DNA of 64,000 nucleotides from Malacoraja senta (taxonomy: Eukaryota): assembly GCA_038087875.1 (NCBI GenBank), contig JAXLNO010000146.1, forward strand, positions 372,001 to 436,000, in the 5' to 3' direction. Within the stretch, counting starts at the first letter, position 1, and each line of letters starts with the position of its first letter. The notes beneath the pieces are model-generated. The model was not told where the DNA came from, ran no database searches, and worked only from the letters and a program-made list of their open reading frames with translations. Shown one piece after another: positions 27,323-39,347 of this stretch. The translations under genes and the position numbers were made by a program.

Positions 27323-27556
27323 CGTGAGTGACTGCACTGCCAGCCCGCCAGCCGTGAGTGACTGCACTGCCAGCCCATCAGCCGTGAGTGACTGCACTGC
27401 CAGCCCACCAGCCGTGAGTGACTGCACTGCCAGCCCACCAGCCGCGAGTGACTGCACTGCCAGCCCACCAGCCGTGAGTGACTGCACTGCCAGCCCACCT
27501 GCCGTGAGTGACTGCACTGCCAGCCCGCCAGCCGTGAGTGACTGAACTGCCAGCCC
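27323..27556. repeat. 30-bp minisatellite, about 8 copies
   Basis: Unit cgtgagtgactgcactgccagcccaccagc. Confidence 0.95.
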
Positions 27557-27914
27557 AATATGACATTCAGTCCACCCTCTCCCCCTTCTCTCTCACAGTC
27601 TGTCACCTGTATTGGGCAGAATTTCTGGCAGTTTCTCAGCTGCCAGCCTGCCAGGTCTGAGTGAGTACTGCCAGCCCTCCGTGACTGAGCTGCCTGGCCT
27701 CAGCGACTGAGCTGCCAGCCCATGAGTCCATTCGGCCCACAATGCCCATACTAGCCCTCTGGACACCAGTACCTTCGGCCCACAACACCTATACTAGTGC
27801 AACAGAAAGCCCCCCTCCCCCCCTACTGGCGAGCAATATTGGAATTGGTGGAGAGGTGGAATATTGCGTTGGGTGATCAGCCCTCCCATGTGATGCTGGT
27901 CCCACTTAGTCTAG

Positions 27915-28744
27915 TCTGGGATATAATTACACCATTCAGATTCTATCATGTATTCAGTTCTCACGTTTTCTGCTGGGAGGATATACAAATCCATTCTGTT
28001 CCGCTGAGCAATTGTCCGGATGACCACCTCCTCCGCAGTAATTTCTTCCAAGGCAGGGAAATTAGCAACCTTTACTCACGCAGAGGCTATATTGATGCTC
28101 TCTCTCTCACCCTTTACCATGCCCTGGCAAGGAAATGCAAGAGCAAAGAACCTTTCCATGTTGACTGAGAGTACATTTGGGATAAGGACATATAGTGCCG
28201 AATAATATAAACAAAATTAGGGAAATAATATCAGCCTCAACTATCCTGGGGCAAACAGGGAACATAGACAAAATAGGTACTATTGCAAGCACTAAAGGAT
28301 TCTACCGAAAGGGGAAAACATTTGTCCTGAAAAGGGTATCGAGTTGAACGGTTTCGAGCCGCAATGTGACTGAAGCCCACACGTGTACTGTCAAAGACAT
28401 TGAGATTTCGACTGCACAAAGCGTTCCGTACTTTCGGGCCCCGCTATATTGCCTGACATGGCAAATTCACCTTCTTGCCTTCTTTCACTAAAGGGCCCAG
28501 AAAGAGGAATAGTAGGAACGGTTGTATTTGGGCTTGTATTTGCAACGGTCCTTTTGGTAGACATACAAGCAGACCGGAAGGTGGTAATGGTTCTGGGGCA
28601 TGTACCACTCGGCCATTTCCGAAACGTTCAAAGCGATAATCTTAAGGGGAATATCTCCTCTTAATTGCATGGGCACACGTGTACACATCCAACATCTGGA
28701 AAGTGTATCTCTTTTTTCATGCGTGGCAGACATATATAACAATA
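27915..28744 (-). pseudogene. Decayed retroviral env (SU and TM ectodomain)
   Basis: LSRCWMCTRVPMQLRGDIPL, ACNSTYFV and RESINIASA*VKVAN, then ISD-like IRTIAQRNRMDLYILPAE and EWCNYIPD (decayed CX6CC-YIPD). Confidence 0.75.
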
Positions 28745-29830
28745 CTACACTAAGTGGGACCCGTTGGGTCCTATGTTCACACGGGAGGGCAGCTCACTCA
28801 CGGTTGGTGGGCGAGCAGTTGACTCACGGCTATTCCTTGAAATTCCATTTCAAGCAGTGTGCAAGGCCACCAAATTCAGGTGCAGTTTCCTACCACTTCA
28901 AGCAGGATGCTAGGCCACCGAATTCAAGTGCAGTTTCCTACCACTTCAAGCAAGGTGCAAGGCCACCGAATTCAAGTGCAGTTTCCAACCACTTCAAGCA
29001 GGGTGCATTCCACCGAATTCAAGTGCAGTTTCATACCACTTCAAGCAGGGTGCAGGGCCACCTAACTCAAGTACAGTTTCCTACCACTTCAAGCAGGGTG
29101 CAGGGCCACCAAACTCAAGTGCAGTTTCATGTCACTTCAAGCAGGGTGCAAGGCTACCAAATGCTAGCGCTGTTTAATGCCATTTCAAGCAGGGTGCAAG
29201 GCCACCAAATTCAAGTGCATTTCACACCACTTCAAGCAGGGTGCAAGACAACCAAATTGAAGTGCAATTTCATACCATTTGAAGCAGGGTGCAAGGCCAC
29301 CAAATTCAAGCCCAGTTTCACACCATTTCATGCAGGGTGCAAGACAACCAAATTCAAATGCAGTTTCATACCATTTCATGCAAGGTGCAAGGCCACCACA
29401 TTCAAATGCAGTTTCATACCATTTCAAGCAGGGTGATACCACCATTAAACCACCATAAAACCACACAAAACACCACATAAACACCACACTCACAGTTCAG
29501 TGGACATTCAGTGTGTTCAGTTGATTCACAGCTCAGACAGAGTCGTGACCTCTCCTCCCCATCTTGCAGAGACTGAGCCACACCCATACTTCCGGGTTTT
29601 ATAATCCCTCCCCCTTCCACGGGAAGGGGCGTGGCTTTGATGGCGTGATTGACAGGAGAGAGATTCTCAACAAATTTTTAAACACTAATAACACTATTAT
29701 TTTTCATTGATGGAAAGAATCCTCTGCACCTGATGAGCGGAGGGGGACTGAGTAAGATGGCCAAAATCACAACCGTAAGTGGTAGCGTCTTATCCAAAAT
29801 CAATATACAGTGGAAACAGGAAGTTAACCA
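28745..29830 (-). mobile_element. Non-autonomous Helitron, copy 3 (5' tip missing) with a 48-bp array at 28849-29435
   Basis: Minus strand ends ggacccaacgggtccc-acttagtgtag|t. 29520-29825 is homologous to the 5' region of the other copies, and there are about 12 units of 48 bp. Confidence 0.7.
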
Positions 29831-29839
29831 GTTACCACG

Positions 29840-30200
29840 AACAACAAACCGTTTGCAGTGCAGCATTTTCAAAGCAGTTACCACCACCAAGAACCGTTTG
29901 CAGTGCAGCATTTCAAAGCAGTTACCACCACCAACAACCGTTTGCAGTGCAACATTTCAAAGCAGTTACCACCACCAACAACCGTTTGCAGTGCAGCATT
30001 TCAAAGCAGTTACCACCACCAACAACCGGGACGGAGCTGCCAGCCCACCAGGCCTGAGTGATTGAGCTGCCAGCCTATAATCTATTCGGCAGACAAATGT
30101 CCATACTAGCCCTGGAAACCAGTCCATTCGGCCCACAACACCCATACTAGCGCTCCAGAAACCCACCCTCCACTGGCCCAACGGGTCCCATTTAGTCTTG
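29840..30200 (+). mobile_element. Helitron 3' portion with a 44-bp array
   Basis: Four units of aaccgtttgcagtgcagcatttcaaagcagttaccaccaccaac, then gagctgccagccc... ending ggcccaacgggtcccatttagtcttg|t. Confidence 0.7.
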
Positions 30201-32340
30201 TACCTAAATACAATTTGACTATCCTCCTTTATATTCTTGGCTAGCTTACCTTCGTACCCTCATCTTTTCTCCCCGTATTGCCTTTTTTTTATTTTTCTTC
30301 TGTTGCTCTTGAAAAGTTAGCCAATCGTCTGGCTTCCCGCTCATCTTTGCTATGCTGTACTTCTTCGCTTTCATTCTTATACTGTTCCTGACTTCCCTTG
30401 TCAGCCACGGTCGCCCCTTGCTGCACCTGAAATCTTTCTTCCTCTTTGGAATGAACTGATCCTGCACCTTCTGTATTATTCCCAGAAATACCTGCCATTT
30501 TTGTCCCACTGTCATCCCTGCTAGGGTATCAATCCAGTCAACTTTGGCCAGCTCCTCTCTCATGGATCCATAGTCCCCTTTGTTCAACTGTAATACCGAC
30601 ACCTTCAATTTACCCTTCTCCCTCTCAAATTGCAGATTAAAATGTATCATATTATGGTCATTTCCTCCTAATGGCTCCTTAACCTCAAGTTCCTTTATCA
30701 AATCCGGTTCATTACACAACACTAAATCCAGAATTGCCTTCTCCCTGATAGGCTCCAGTACAAGCTGCTCTATGAATCCATCACGGAGGCACTGCACAAA
30801 CTCCCTTTCTTGGCGTCCAGTACCAATCTCATTTATCCAGTCTACCTGCATGTTGAAATCTCTCATAACAACCGTAGTATTATCTTTACGAAATGCCAAT
30901 TTTAACGCTTGATTCACTTTGCACCCTATATCCAGGCTGTTTGGGGGCCAGTAGATATTTTCCATTAGGGTCTTTTTACACTTACAATTCCTCAGTTCTA
31001 TCCATACTGACTCTGTATCTTCTGATTTCATGTCACCCCTCTCAAGGGACTGAATGACATTCCTCACCAACAGGGTTACCCCACTCCCTCTGCCCACCTG
31101 TCTGTCTATTCGATAGGACGTCTATCCTTGAATATTCAGTTCCCAGCCCTGGTCCCCTTGCAACCATTCCCACAATATCATACTTGCTAATTTCTAACTG
31201 AGCCTCAAGCTCATCCACTTTATTTCAAATACTTTGCGCACTCATAAACAACACTTTGACTTCAGTATTCACCTCCCCTCTCACACCGGTCAATATTGGC
31301 CCTGACCTTAATCCGTCTCGAACTTTCCTTCCCATTACTCCTGGAGTCTTTTGTAACTTTTCCTGTGCTCGCTTTCCCTTTACCTCCATCTTTATACTCC
31401 CAATTTGTCAATCCGTCCCCCCACTATTTAGTTTAAACCCACACGTGTAGCACTAGCAAACCTGCCTGTCACAACGTTGGTTCCCCTCCAGTTAAGGAGT
31501 AACCCGTCCCTATTCTACGGGTCACCACTACCACAGAAGAGATCCCAGTGGTCTACAAATCATTATCGTTGATCCCTGCACCAATCCACAGCCACTCATT
31601 CAGGTCACCTATCTCCCTGTTCCTGCCCTCACTAGCACGAGGTACTGGAAGCAATCCAGAGATAACCACCCCAGAAGTCCTGCTTTTCAATCTTCTTCCT
31701 AACTCTCTAAACTTGCGTTGCAGAAACTCCTTCCTCTTCCTCACGATGTCGTTTGTGCCCACGTGCTGCCGGTTGTCCAACTTCCCTCTCGAGGATGTTC
31801 TGAAGTTGGTCTGTGATCTCTTTAACCCTGTCACCATGGAGGTAACAGACCATCCTCCAACCTCGGTTGCCGCCACAGAATCTCCAGTCCGTACCTCGGA
31901 CAATGGCGTCACCCACCACTATAGCTCTGCCCGACGTCGGTCTCGCCGGTCGAATCTCATCGCTTGGGTTAGAGCCACCGACCTGTCCACCTGTCGGACT
32001 GGAAGCGACGTCCGCCCCGACAGCTCCCTAAAGGGTGTGCCTGTTTTCATTAGGTTTTCATTCACACATCCACCGGGGTCTCCTGCACTCTACGATTACT
32101 CTTCATTCTCACAGTCACCCACCTTCGCTCTTCCTGTAACCTAGGCGTCTCAATCTCACTGTTGGTCTTATCCACGAAACTCTCGTTACCTCGGATGGCC
32201 CTGAGGTCAACCAGCTGCTTCCCCAGTGCCCCAACGCGGACCCTCAGGAGCTGAACCTGGACACACTTACCACAGTTGTAGCAGACAGAGGCACCATCAA
32301 TGTCCTCTGACCTCCCACATACTGCAAGCCTCACACTGAA
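30201..32340 (-). mobile_element. CR1 LINE 5' half (ORF1 zinc finger and SGNH esterase, ORF2 endonuclease)
   Basis: CGKCVQVQLL, VGDAIVRGTD, HVGTNDI, VVISGLLPVP and DFNMQVDW...LDLVLCNEP. Confidence 0.88.
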
Positions 32341-32524
32341 TCAGCTTACCCGTCATGTGTTCACCGCATCCCGTCCTCTCCAACTTTTTGGCGTAATCTC
32401 CTCTCCACTATCTCCTCGCCGAAGACTCTCGAGCCAAAGTCAGCACTTTTCTCACGAGGCACGTTTCTCACGAGGCACTTTTCTCGCGAGGCACATTTCT
32501 CACAAGACACATTTCTCACAATAT

Positions 32525-32870
32525 GGAGGAAGCGAGAAGGTCACGTCACTCTGAGCTGTGAATAACACTGAACACATGTCTAATCAATTGTGAGTGCCCT
32601 TAATGTGGTTTGAAAATGAAAATGTGGTTTCTTTGAAATGCTGTACTGCAAACGGTTGTTGGTGGTGTTACTGCTTTGAAATGCTGCACTGCAAATGGAT
32701 GTTGGTGATGGTAAGTGCTTTGAAATGCTGCACTGCAAATGGATGTTGGTGGTGGTAAGTGCTTTGAAATGCTGCACTGCACACGGTTGTTGGTGGTGTT
32801 ACTGCTTTGAAATGCTGCACTGCAAACGGTTGTTGGTGGTGGTAAGTGCTTTGAAATGCTGCACTACAAA
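32525..32870 (+). mobile_element. Helitron internal fragment with a 44-bp array (opposite orientation to 29847-30027)
   Basis: gcgagaaggtcacg..ctgagctgtgaataac matches 23757-23791, followed by repeats of tttgaaatgctgcactgcaaa. Confidence 0.65.
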
Positions 32871-32884
32871 AGGTTAAAAGATAA

Positions 32885-33319
32885 AGGGCCTGTCCCACGG
32901 GCATGCGACTCCATGCGGCAAGCGCGACCTAACCGCAAGCGGGGGGGCCGTGCGGGGGCCGCGCGGAGGTCGCGGGGCCGGTCCCACTTCGATCGCGGGA
33001 GCCGCATGGTTGTGCGGAACTGGTCCCGAGATCGCGCGGGGATCCGAAAACTGACACTGTTCAAAAATTCCGTTCGGCAACGGCCTGCCGCCCCGCAGCC
33101 GCATCGACGGCCGTGCGCACCGCCTCCGCCGCCGTACGCACCGTCTTGACGTCACTCGACATCCGCGCGGCCCCCGCTTCCGATTTGGTAACGCTTGCCG
33201 CATGCAGCCGCATGCTGGTGGGACCGGCCCTGTACGCGGATCACTCGACCTCCGCGCGGCCCCCGCTTGCGGTTAGGTCGCGCTTGCCGCGTGGAGTCGC
33301 ATGCCCGTGGGACAGGCCT
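32885..33319. mobile_element. PIF/Harbinger-type MITE with long TIRs
   Basis: Near-perfect inverted repeats of about 60 bp (ggcctgtcccacgggcatgcgactcc...), flanked by taa on both sides. Confidence 0.85.
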
Positions 33320-33324
33320 TAACA

Positions 33325-33694
33325 AATCATTTATTGCAAGTACATTGCACACTCACAGTTCGTTTATTCACAGCTGGGAATCACAGTTGTGGCCTCTCCC
33401 CTCGCGATCTTCCAGAGTGACTGACTCGGGTCCAGGCGTCCGGGGTTTTATAGTCCTGCCCCCCTCCGGAAGGGGCGTTACCTTCATCATGGTGATTGAC
33501 AGGCGAGAGGACCAATCAGCTGATCTCAAGATTTTTTGTTTTTCATCGATCGGAAAAATCCGCGAGGCTGCCTCAGCGGAGGAGGACTGTGAGTAAGATG
33601 AACAAAAATCATAGCGATATATGTAGCGGTTTTTCTAAAATCAATATACAGCGCAGACAGGAAGTGGTCAAGATGAGACTTTTAGTTATATAGA
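33325..33694 (-). mobile_element. Helitron 5' portion
   Basis: Minus strand reads a|TCtatataactaaaagtctcatcttgacc, the same 5' terminus as copies 1 and 2. Confidence 0.75.
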
Positions 33695-35680
33695 TGTGAA
33701 GAGGAAATAAATAGTTAGGACCAAATTTGGACCCTTGAGGACACAAAAGGGTGAATTTATTATGGGGAACAAGGAAATGGCAGATGAGTTGAACAGATGC
33801 TTTGGATCCGTCTTCACTAATGAGAACACAAACAATCTTCCTGATGTACTAGTGGCCAGGGGATCTGAGGTGACGGAGGAACGGAAGGAAATCCACATTA
33901 GGCGGGAAATGGTGTTGGGTAGACTTGATTGGACTAAGTCTGATAAATCCCAAGGGCCTGATGGTCTGCATCCCTTTAAGGTACTTAAGGAAATGCTCTA
34001 GAAACCGTGGACGCATTGGTGATCATTTTCCAATGTTCTATAGATTCAGGATCAGGGAAGCTAATGTTATCACACTTTTTAAGAAAGGCGGGAGGGAGAA
34101 AACAGGGAATTTAGACCAGTTAGCCTGACATCGATGGTGAGGAAGATGCTGGAATCAATCATAAAAGATTAAATAGCGGCACAGTTGGATAGCAGTAACA
34201 GGATAGGTCCGAGTCAGCGCGGATTTACGAAGGGAAATCATGCTTGATTAATTTTCTGGAATTTTTTTAGCATGTAAATAGGAATTGGACAAGGAAGAGC
34301 CAGTGGATGTAGTGTACCTGGACTTTCAGAATGCATTTGATAAGGTCCCACATAGGAGATTAGTGGGCAAAATTTGGGCACAAGGTATTGGGTGTAGAGT
34401 GCTGACATGGATAGAAAATTGGTTGACAGACAGGAAACAAAGAGTAGGGATTAATAGGTCTCTTTCAGAATGGCAGGCAGTGACTATTGGGGTACCGCAA
34501 GACTTGGTGCTGGGAAACAGCCATTTACAATATACATTAATGATTTAGATGAAGGGGTTACAAGTAACATTAGCAAATTTGCAGATGACACAAAGCAGGG
34601 TGGGAGTGTGAACTGTGAGGAGGATGCAGGGTGACTTGGACAGGTTCGGTGAGTGGGCAGATGCATGGCAGGTGAAGTTTAATGTCGATAAATGTGAGAT
34701 TGTCCACTTTGGTAGCAAAAACAGGAAGGCAGAAATCTTGAACCTTAAATCTTGAATCTTGAATCTAAATTGTGTCAAGTTGGAAAAGGGGAACTGTAAG
34801 GAGGATGCTATGAGAATGTCACGTCGTCAAGTCTATTTGTCACATACGCATACGAGATGTGCAGTGAAATGAAAAGTGGCAATGCCTGCGGAATGTGCCT
34901 GCAGAATGCAGGCTGACTTGGACAGGTTGGATGAGTGGGTAATGTGGATAAATGTGAGGTTATCCACTTTGGTAGCAACAACAGGTAGGCAGATTATTAT
35001 CTAAATTGTCTCAAGTTGGGAAAAGGGGAAGTACAACGGGATCCGCGGGTCCTTGTTCATAAGTCAATAAAAGTAAGCATGCAGGTGCAGCAGGCAATGA
35101 GGAAAGCGAATGGCATATTGGCCTTCATAACAAGAGGAGTTCAGTGTAGGGCAAAGAGGTCCTTCTGCAGTTGTACAGGGCCCTAGTGAGACCACACCTG
35201 GAGTATTGTGTGCAGTTTTGGTCTCCAAATTGGAGGAAGGACATTCTTGCTATTGAGGGAGTGCAGCGTAGGTTCACAAATGTTATTCCCGGTATAGCGG
35301 GACTGTCATATGCTGATAGAATGGTGCGGCTGGGCTTGTATACTATGGAATTTAGAAGGATTTAAGGGGATCTTATTGAAACTTATCTGATTATTCAGGA
35401 TTTGGACCCGTTAGAGGCAGGAAACATGTTCCCGATGTTTGGGAGTGGGGGGGGGGGGGGGGTCCAGAAGCAAGGGCCACAGTTTAAGAATAAGGGGTAA
35501 GCCATTTAGAACGGAGATGAGGAAACACTTTTTCACACAGAGAGTTGGGTCTGTGGAATTCTCTGCCACAGAATGCGGTGGGAGGCCGGTTCTCTGGATA
35601 CTTTCAAGAGAGAGTTAGATAGATCTCTTAAAGAAGGCAGAGTCAGGGGATATGGGGAGAAAGCAGGAACGGGGTACTAG
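33695..35680 (+). mobile_element. CR1 LINE 3' half (RT), degenerate
   Basis: DVVYLDFQNAFDKVPH, GVPQ, KFADDT and LVRPHLEYCVQFWSP motifs. Confidence 0.88.
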
Positions 35681-36625
35681 AAACATAGAAACATAGAAAA
35701 TAGGTGCAGGAGGAGACCGTACGGCCCTTCGAGCCATGACCGCATTCATTGCGATCATGGCTGATCGTCCCCAATCAATAACCCGTGCCTGCCTTCTCCC
35801 CATATCCCTTGATTCCACTAGCCCCTAGAGCTCTATCTAACTCTCTCTTAAATCCATCCAGTGATTTGACCTCCACTGCCCTCTGTGGCAGGGAATTCCA
35901 CAAATTCACAACTCTCTGGGTGAAAAAGTTCTTTCTCACCTCAGTCTTAAATGGCCTCCCCTTTCTTCTGGACTGTGGCCCCTGGTTCTGGATTCGCCCA
36001 ACATTGGGAACATTTTTCCTGCATCTAGATTGTCCAGTCCTTTTATAATTTTATATGTTTCTATAAGATGCCCCCTCATCCTTCTAAACTCCAGTGAATG
36101 CAAGCCTAGTCTTTTCAATCTTTCCCCATATGACAGTCCCGCCATTCCAGGGATCAATCTCGTGAACCTACGCTGCACTGCCTCAATCACAAGGATGTCC
36201 TTCCTCAAATAGGCGACCAAAACTGTGCGCAATGCTACAGATGTGGTCTTACCAGAGCCCCATACAACTGCAGAAGAACCTCTCTACTCCTATACTGAAC
36301 ATCCTCTTCACAGTTCACACTGCCACCCAGCTTTGTGTCATCCGCAAACTTGCTAGTGTTGCTCCTAATTCCCTATACTAAATCATTAATATATATGGTA
36401 AACAGTTACGGCCCCAACACCGAGCCTTGTGGCATTCCACTCGCCACTGCCTGCCATTCTGAAAAGGACCCGTTCACTCCTACGCTTTGCTTCCTGTCTG
36501 CCAACCAATTTTCTATCCACGTCAACACCCTACCCCTAATACCATGTGCTCTAATTTTAGTCACCAGTCTCCCGTACGGGACCTTATCAAAGGCTTTCTG
36601 AAAGTCTAGATACACTACATCCACT
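35680..36625 (-). mobile_element. CR1 LINE 3' fragment, tail-to-tail with the preceding copy
   Basis: YLDFQKAFDKVP and GMPQGSVLGP motifs, with a (tttctatg)n tail at 35680-35700. Confidence 0.85.
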
Positions 36626-36721
36626 CATTGTGGATGATCAGCCATGATCATATTGAATGGCGGTGCTGACTCGAAGGGCCGAATGGCCTTCTCCTGCACC
36701 TATTTTCTATTGTCTATTGCC

Positions 36722-37975
36722 TCGGAAGTCTTCTATGGGGATGGATCCACACGTTCTGGCCGGGCTGGAGTTTCAGAATTCTGGATGCAGGCGGCAGATT
36801 CGTCCCGTTGCTTGCAAAATTGCGTTTTCAGCACGGGGCTACGGCGGGAAGCTCGGCGGGCACAGCATATTCTTCGGAGACAGAGGAAGAGTCGTCTGCC
36901 CCTCGAGTGTGCGGCGATTCCTCCACCGGTGATCGGTCGCGTGATTACCGCTGCTGGGAAATCTGCCGAAATAGCGGTAAATCCGGGGGTACCCGGCCAC
37001 CCGGCTCTCCAACGCGGACTTCCGCGATGACTCGATGAGCACCAAAACAGCGAGCCCAAGCCGACGTGCGGCTGCGATACAGGCCCGCAAATTCGGCCTT
37101 GTAAGTCGGCTATGGGGATGGATGCAGCCGGACTGGCCGGGCCGGAGATCCAGAACCCTGGCTGCAGGCGGCAGATTCGACCCGCCGGTTCCAACATTCT
37201 GTTTTCAGCACGGGGTTTCGGCGGGGAGCTCGGTGGGCGCTGTACGGGGTTTGGAAACACCAGAAAAGTCGGTGGCCCCCGATCGGGCCGACAATCTTCA
37301 ACTGGTGACATGACCGAGTGTATGTACCGCAGCCCGGAACCTCCTGAAATCCTGGTAGGCTGTGAGATGCCCGGCGATCTCGATCTCCACAGCGGACTGC
37401 CGCGACGAGTTGATGCGCACCGGAACGTCCAGCCGACGCCGCCGCGGAGCCGAGATACAAGCCCACAGATTCGGCCTCCGACGTCTTTTATGGGGATGTA
37501 TCCACTCGGTCAGGTCGGGCCGGAGTTCCTGAGACCCGACTGCATGAGGCAGATTCGACCCGTCGAATACAACATCGCGTTTTCCGCACGGGGCGTCGGT
37601 GAAGTACTCGGCGGGTGCAGCACGGTGTTCAGAGACACCCGAAGAGTCGGCGGCGCTATGTTCGGTTCGCGACACGTCAACTGGTGACCGAACGCGTGTG
37701 TGTACAGCTTCCGGGAATCTGTCTAAATCGCGATAGGCTGCGAGCGCACGGCGACCCCGCTGTCCGACGCGGATTGCCACGCCGATCGAATGGTGATCCT
37801 TCGCCGCGGAGCCGAAATACGGGCCCGCAAATTAGGCCTCGAAAGTCAGCTATGGGGATGCTTCCGCCTGAACTGTGTGGACCGGAGATCCAGATTCCCG
37901 GCCGCAGGCGGCAAATTCGACCCGCCGATTGCGACATTGCGTTTTCACCACGTCGCTTCGGAGGGGATCTCCGTG
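36722..37975. repeat. Diverged CpG-rich tandem repeat, unit about 362-378 bp, about 3.3 copies
   Basis: Anchor tatggggatg recurs at 36734, 37111, 37489 and 37851, each followed by ggcagattcg/ggcaaattcg and gttttc blocks. Confidence 0.85.
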
Positions 37976-39347
37976 GAACCGATATTGGTGGCGTGCCTCC
38001 GAGATGGATTCTTAGAGAACCTTGCTCTAAACCTACCTGGGACAAAACAATTCTGGATGTAGTGGTGTGTAATGAACCGAATTTGATAAAGAAACCCAGG
38101 GTAAAGAAACCATTAGCAGGTAGCGACCACAATATGATAAGTTTTAACCAGCAATTTGAGAAGGATAAGGTGATATCGGATGTGTCGGTATTGCATCTGG
38201 GCAAAGGGGACTACAGAGGCATGAGGGAGGAGCTAGCCAAAGTTGACTGACACGGACCCTACCAGGAATGATTGTGGAACAGCAATGGCAGGAATTTCTG
38301 GGAACAATCCGGTGATGCAGGATCTTTTTATTGCGACGAAGAAGACAGATTCTCGGGGAGAAAGAGACGACAGTGGCTGACAAGGGAAGTTAAGGGCAGT
38401 AGAAAACTAAAAGAGAAGGTGTATAACATAGCAATGATTAGCCGGAAGCCCGAGGATTGGATAGCTTTTCAAGAACAATAGAAGGTAACTCTAAAGGCAA
38501 ATACAGGGAGAAAAGATGAAATACGAAGGTAAGCTAGCCAATAATATAAAATAGGATAGCAAGTGTTTCTTCAGTTATGTAAAGTGTAAGAAAGAGGCAA
38601 AAGTGCACGTTGAATCGCTGGGAAATTATGCAGGAAAAGTGATAATGGGGAATAAAGAAATGGCAGAGGAGTTGAATAACATTTTCGCAGTCTTCACAGT
38701 GTAAAACACCTGAAACGTGCCTGAAATTCATGTGAGTCAGGGGGGGAAGTCGGTGGACTGGCTATTACTGGGGAGGTGGTGCTTGGGAAGCTGAAATGGC
38801 TGAAGGTGGGTGTAAACTGGACCAGATGGACTGCACCCTAAGGTTCTGAAAGAGGTGGCTTTAACGATTGTGGAGGCATTGATAGTGATATTTCAAGAAT
38901 CGCTGGAGCCAGGAGTGGTTCCAGATGATTGGAAAATTGCCGATATTACCCCGCTGCACAAGAAGAGAGCAAAGCAGAATAGTGGGAACTATCGGCCGGT
39001 TAGTCTGACTTCAGTGGTTGGTAAGATTTTAGAATCCATATAAAGGATGAGGTTGCAGAGTACCTAGACTAGTGGAGTTCCGCAAGGGTCGGTACAAGGG
39101 CCGCTACTTCACGTTGTATTACAATGATGTGGACGAGGAAAGTGAAGGCGTTGTGGCCAAGTTTGCGGATAATGCGAAAATAGGTGGAGGGGGCAGGTAG
39201 TATAGAGAAAGCAGGGGCTCTGCAGAAGGTCCCGCACAGGTTGGGAGAGTGGCAGAGAAGTGGCAGATGGAATATAGTGTAGCAAAGTGTGGAGTCATTC
39301 ATTTTGGTGGTAGGAATAAAGGCGGAACTTATTTCCAAATGGGGAGA
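37976..39347 (+). mobile_element. CR1 ORF2 fragment
   Basis: ILDVVVCNEP and VPDDWKIADITPLHKK...NYRPVSLTS motifs. Confidence 0.8.

Noticed and set aside
28600..29436. 278-aa ORF with repeated peptides
   Set aside because: It is a by-product of the 48-bp array (a multiple of 3) read antisense to a Helitron and an env relic.
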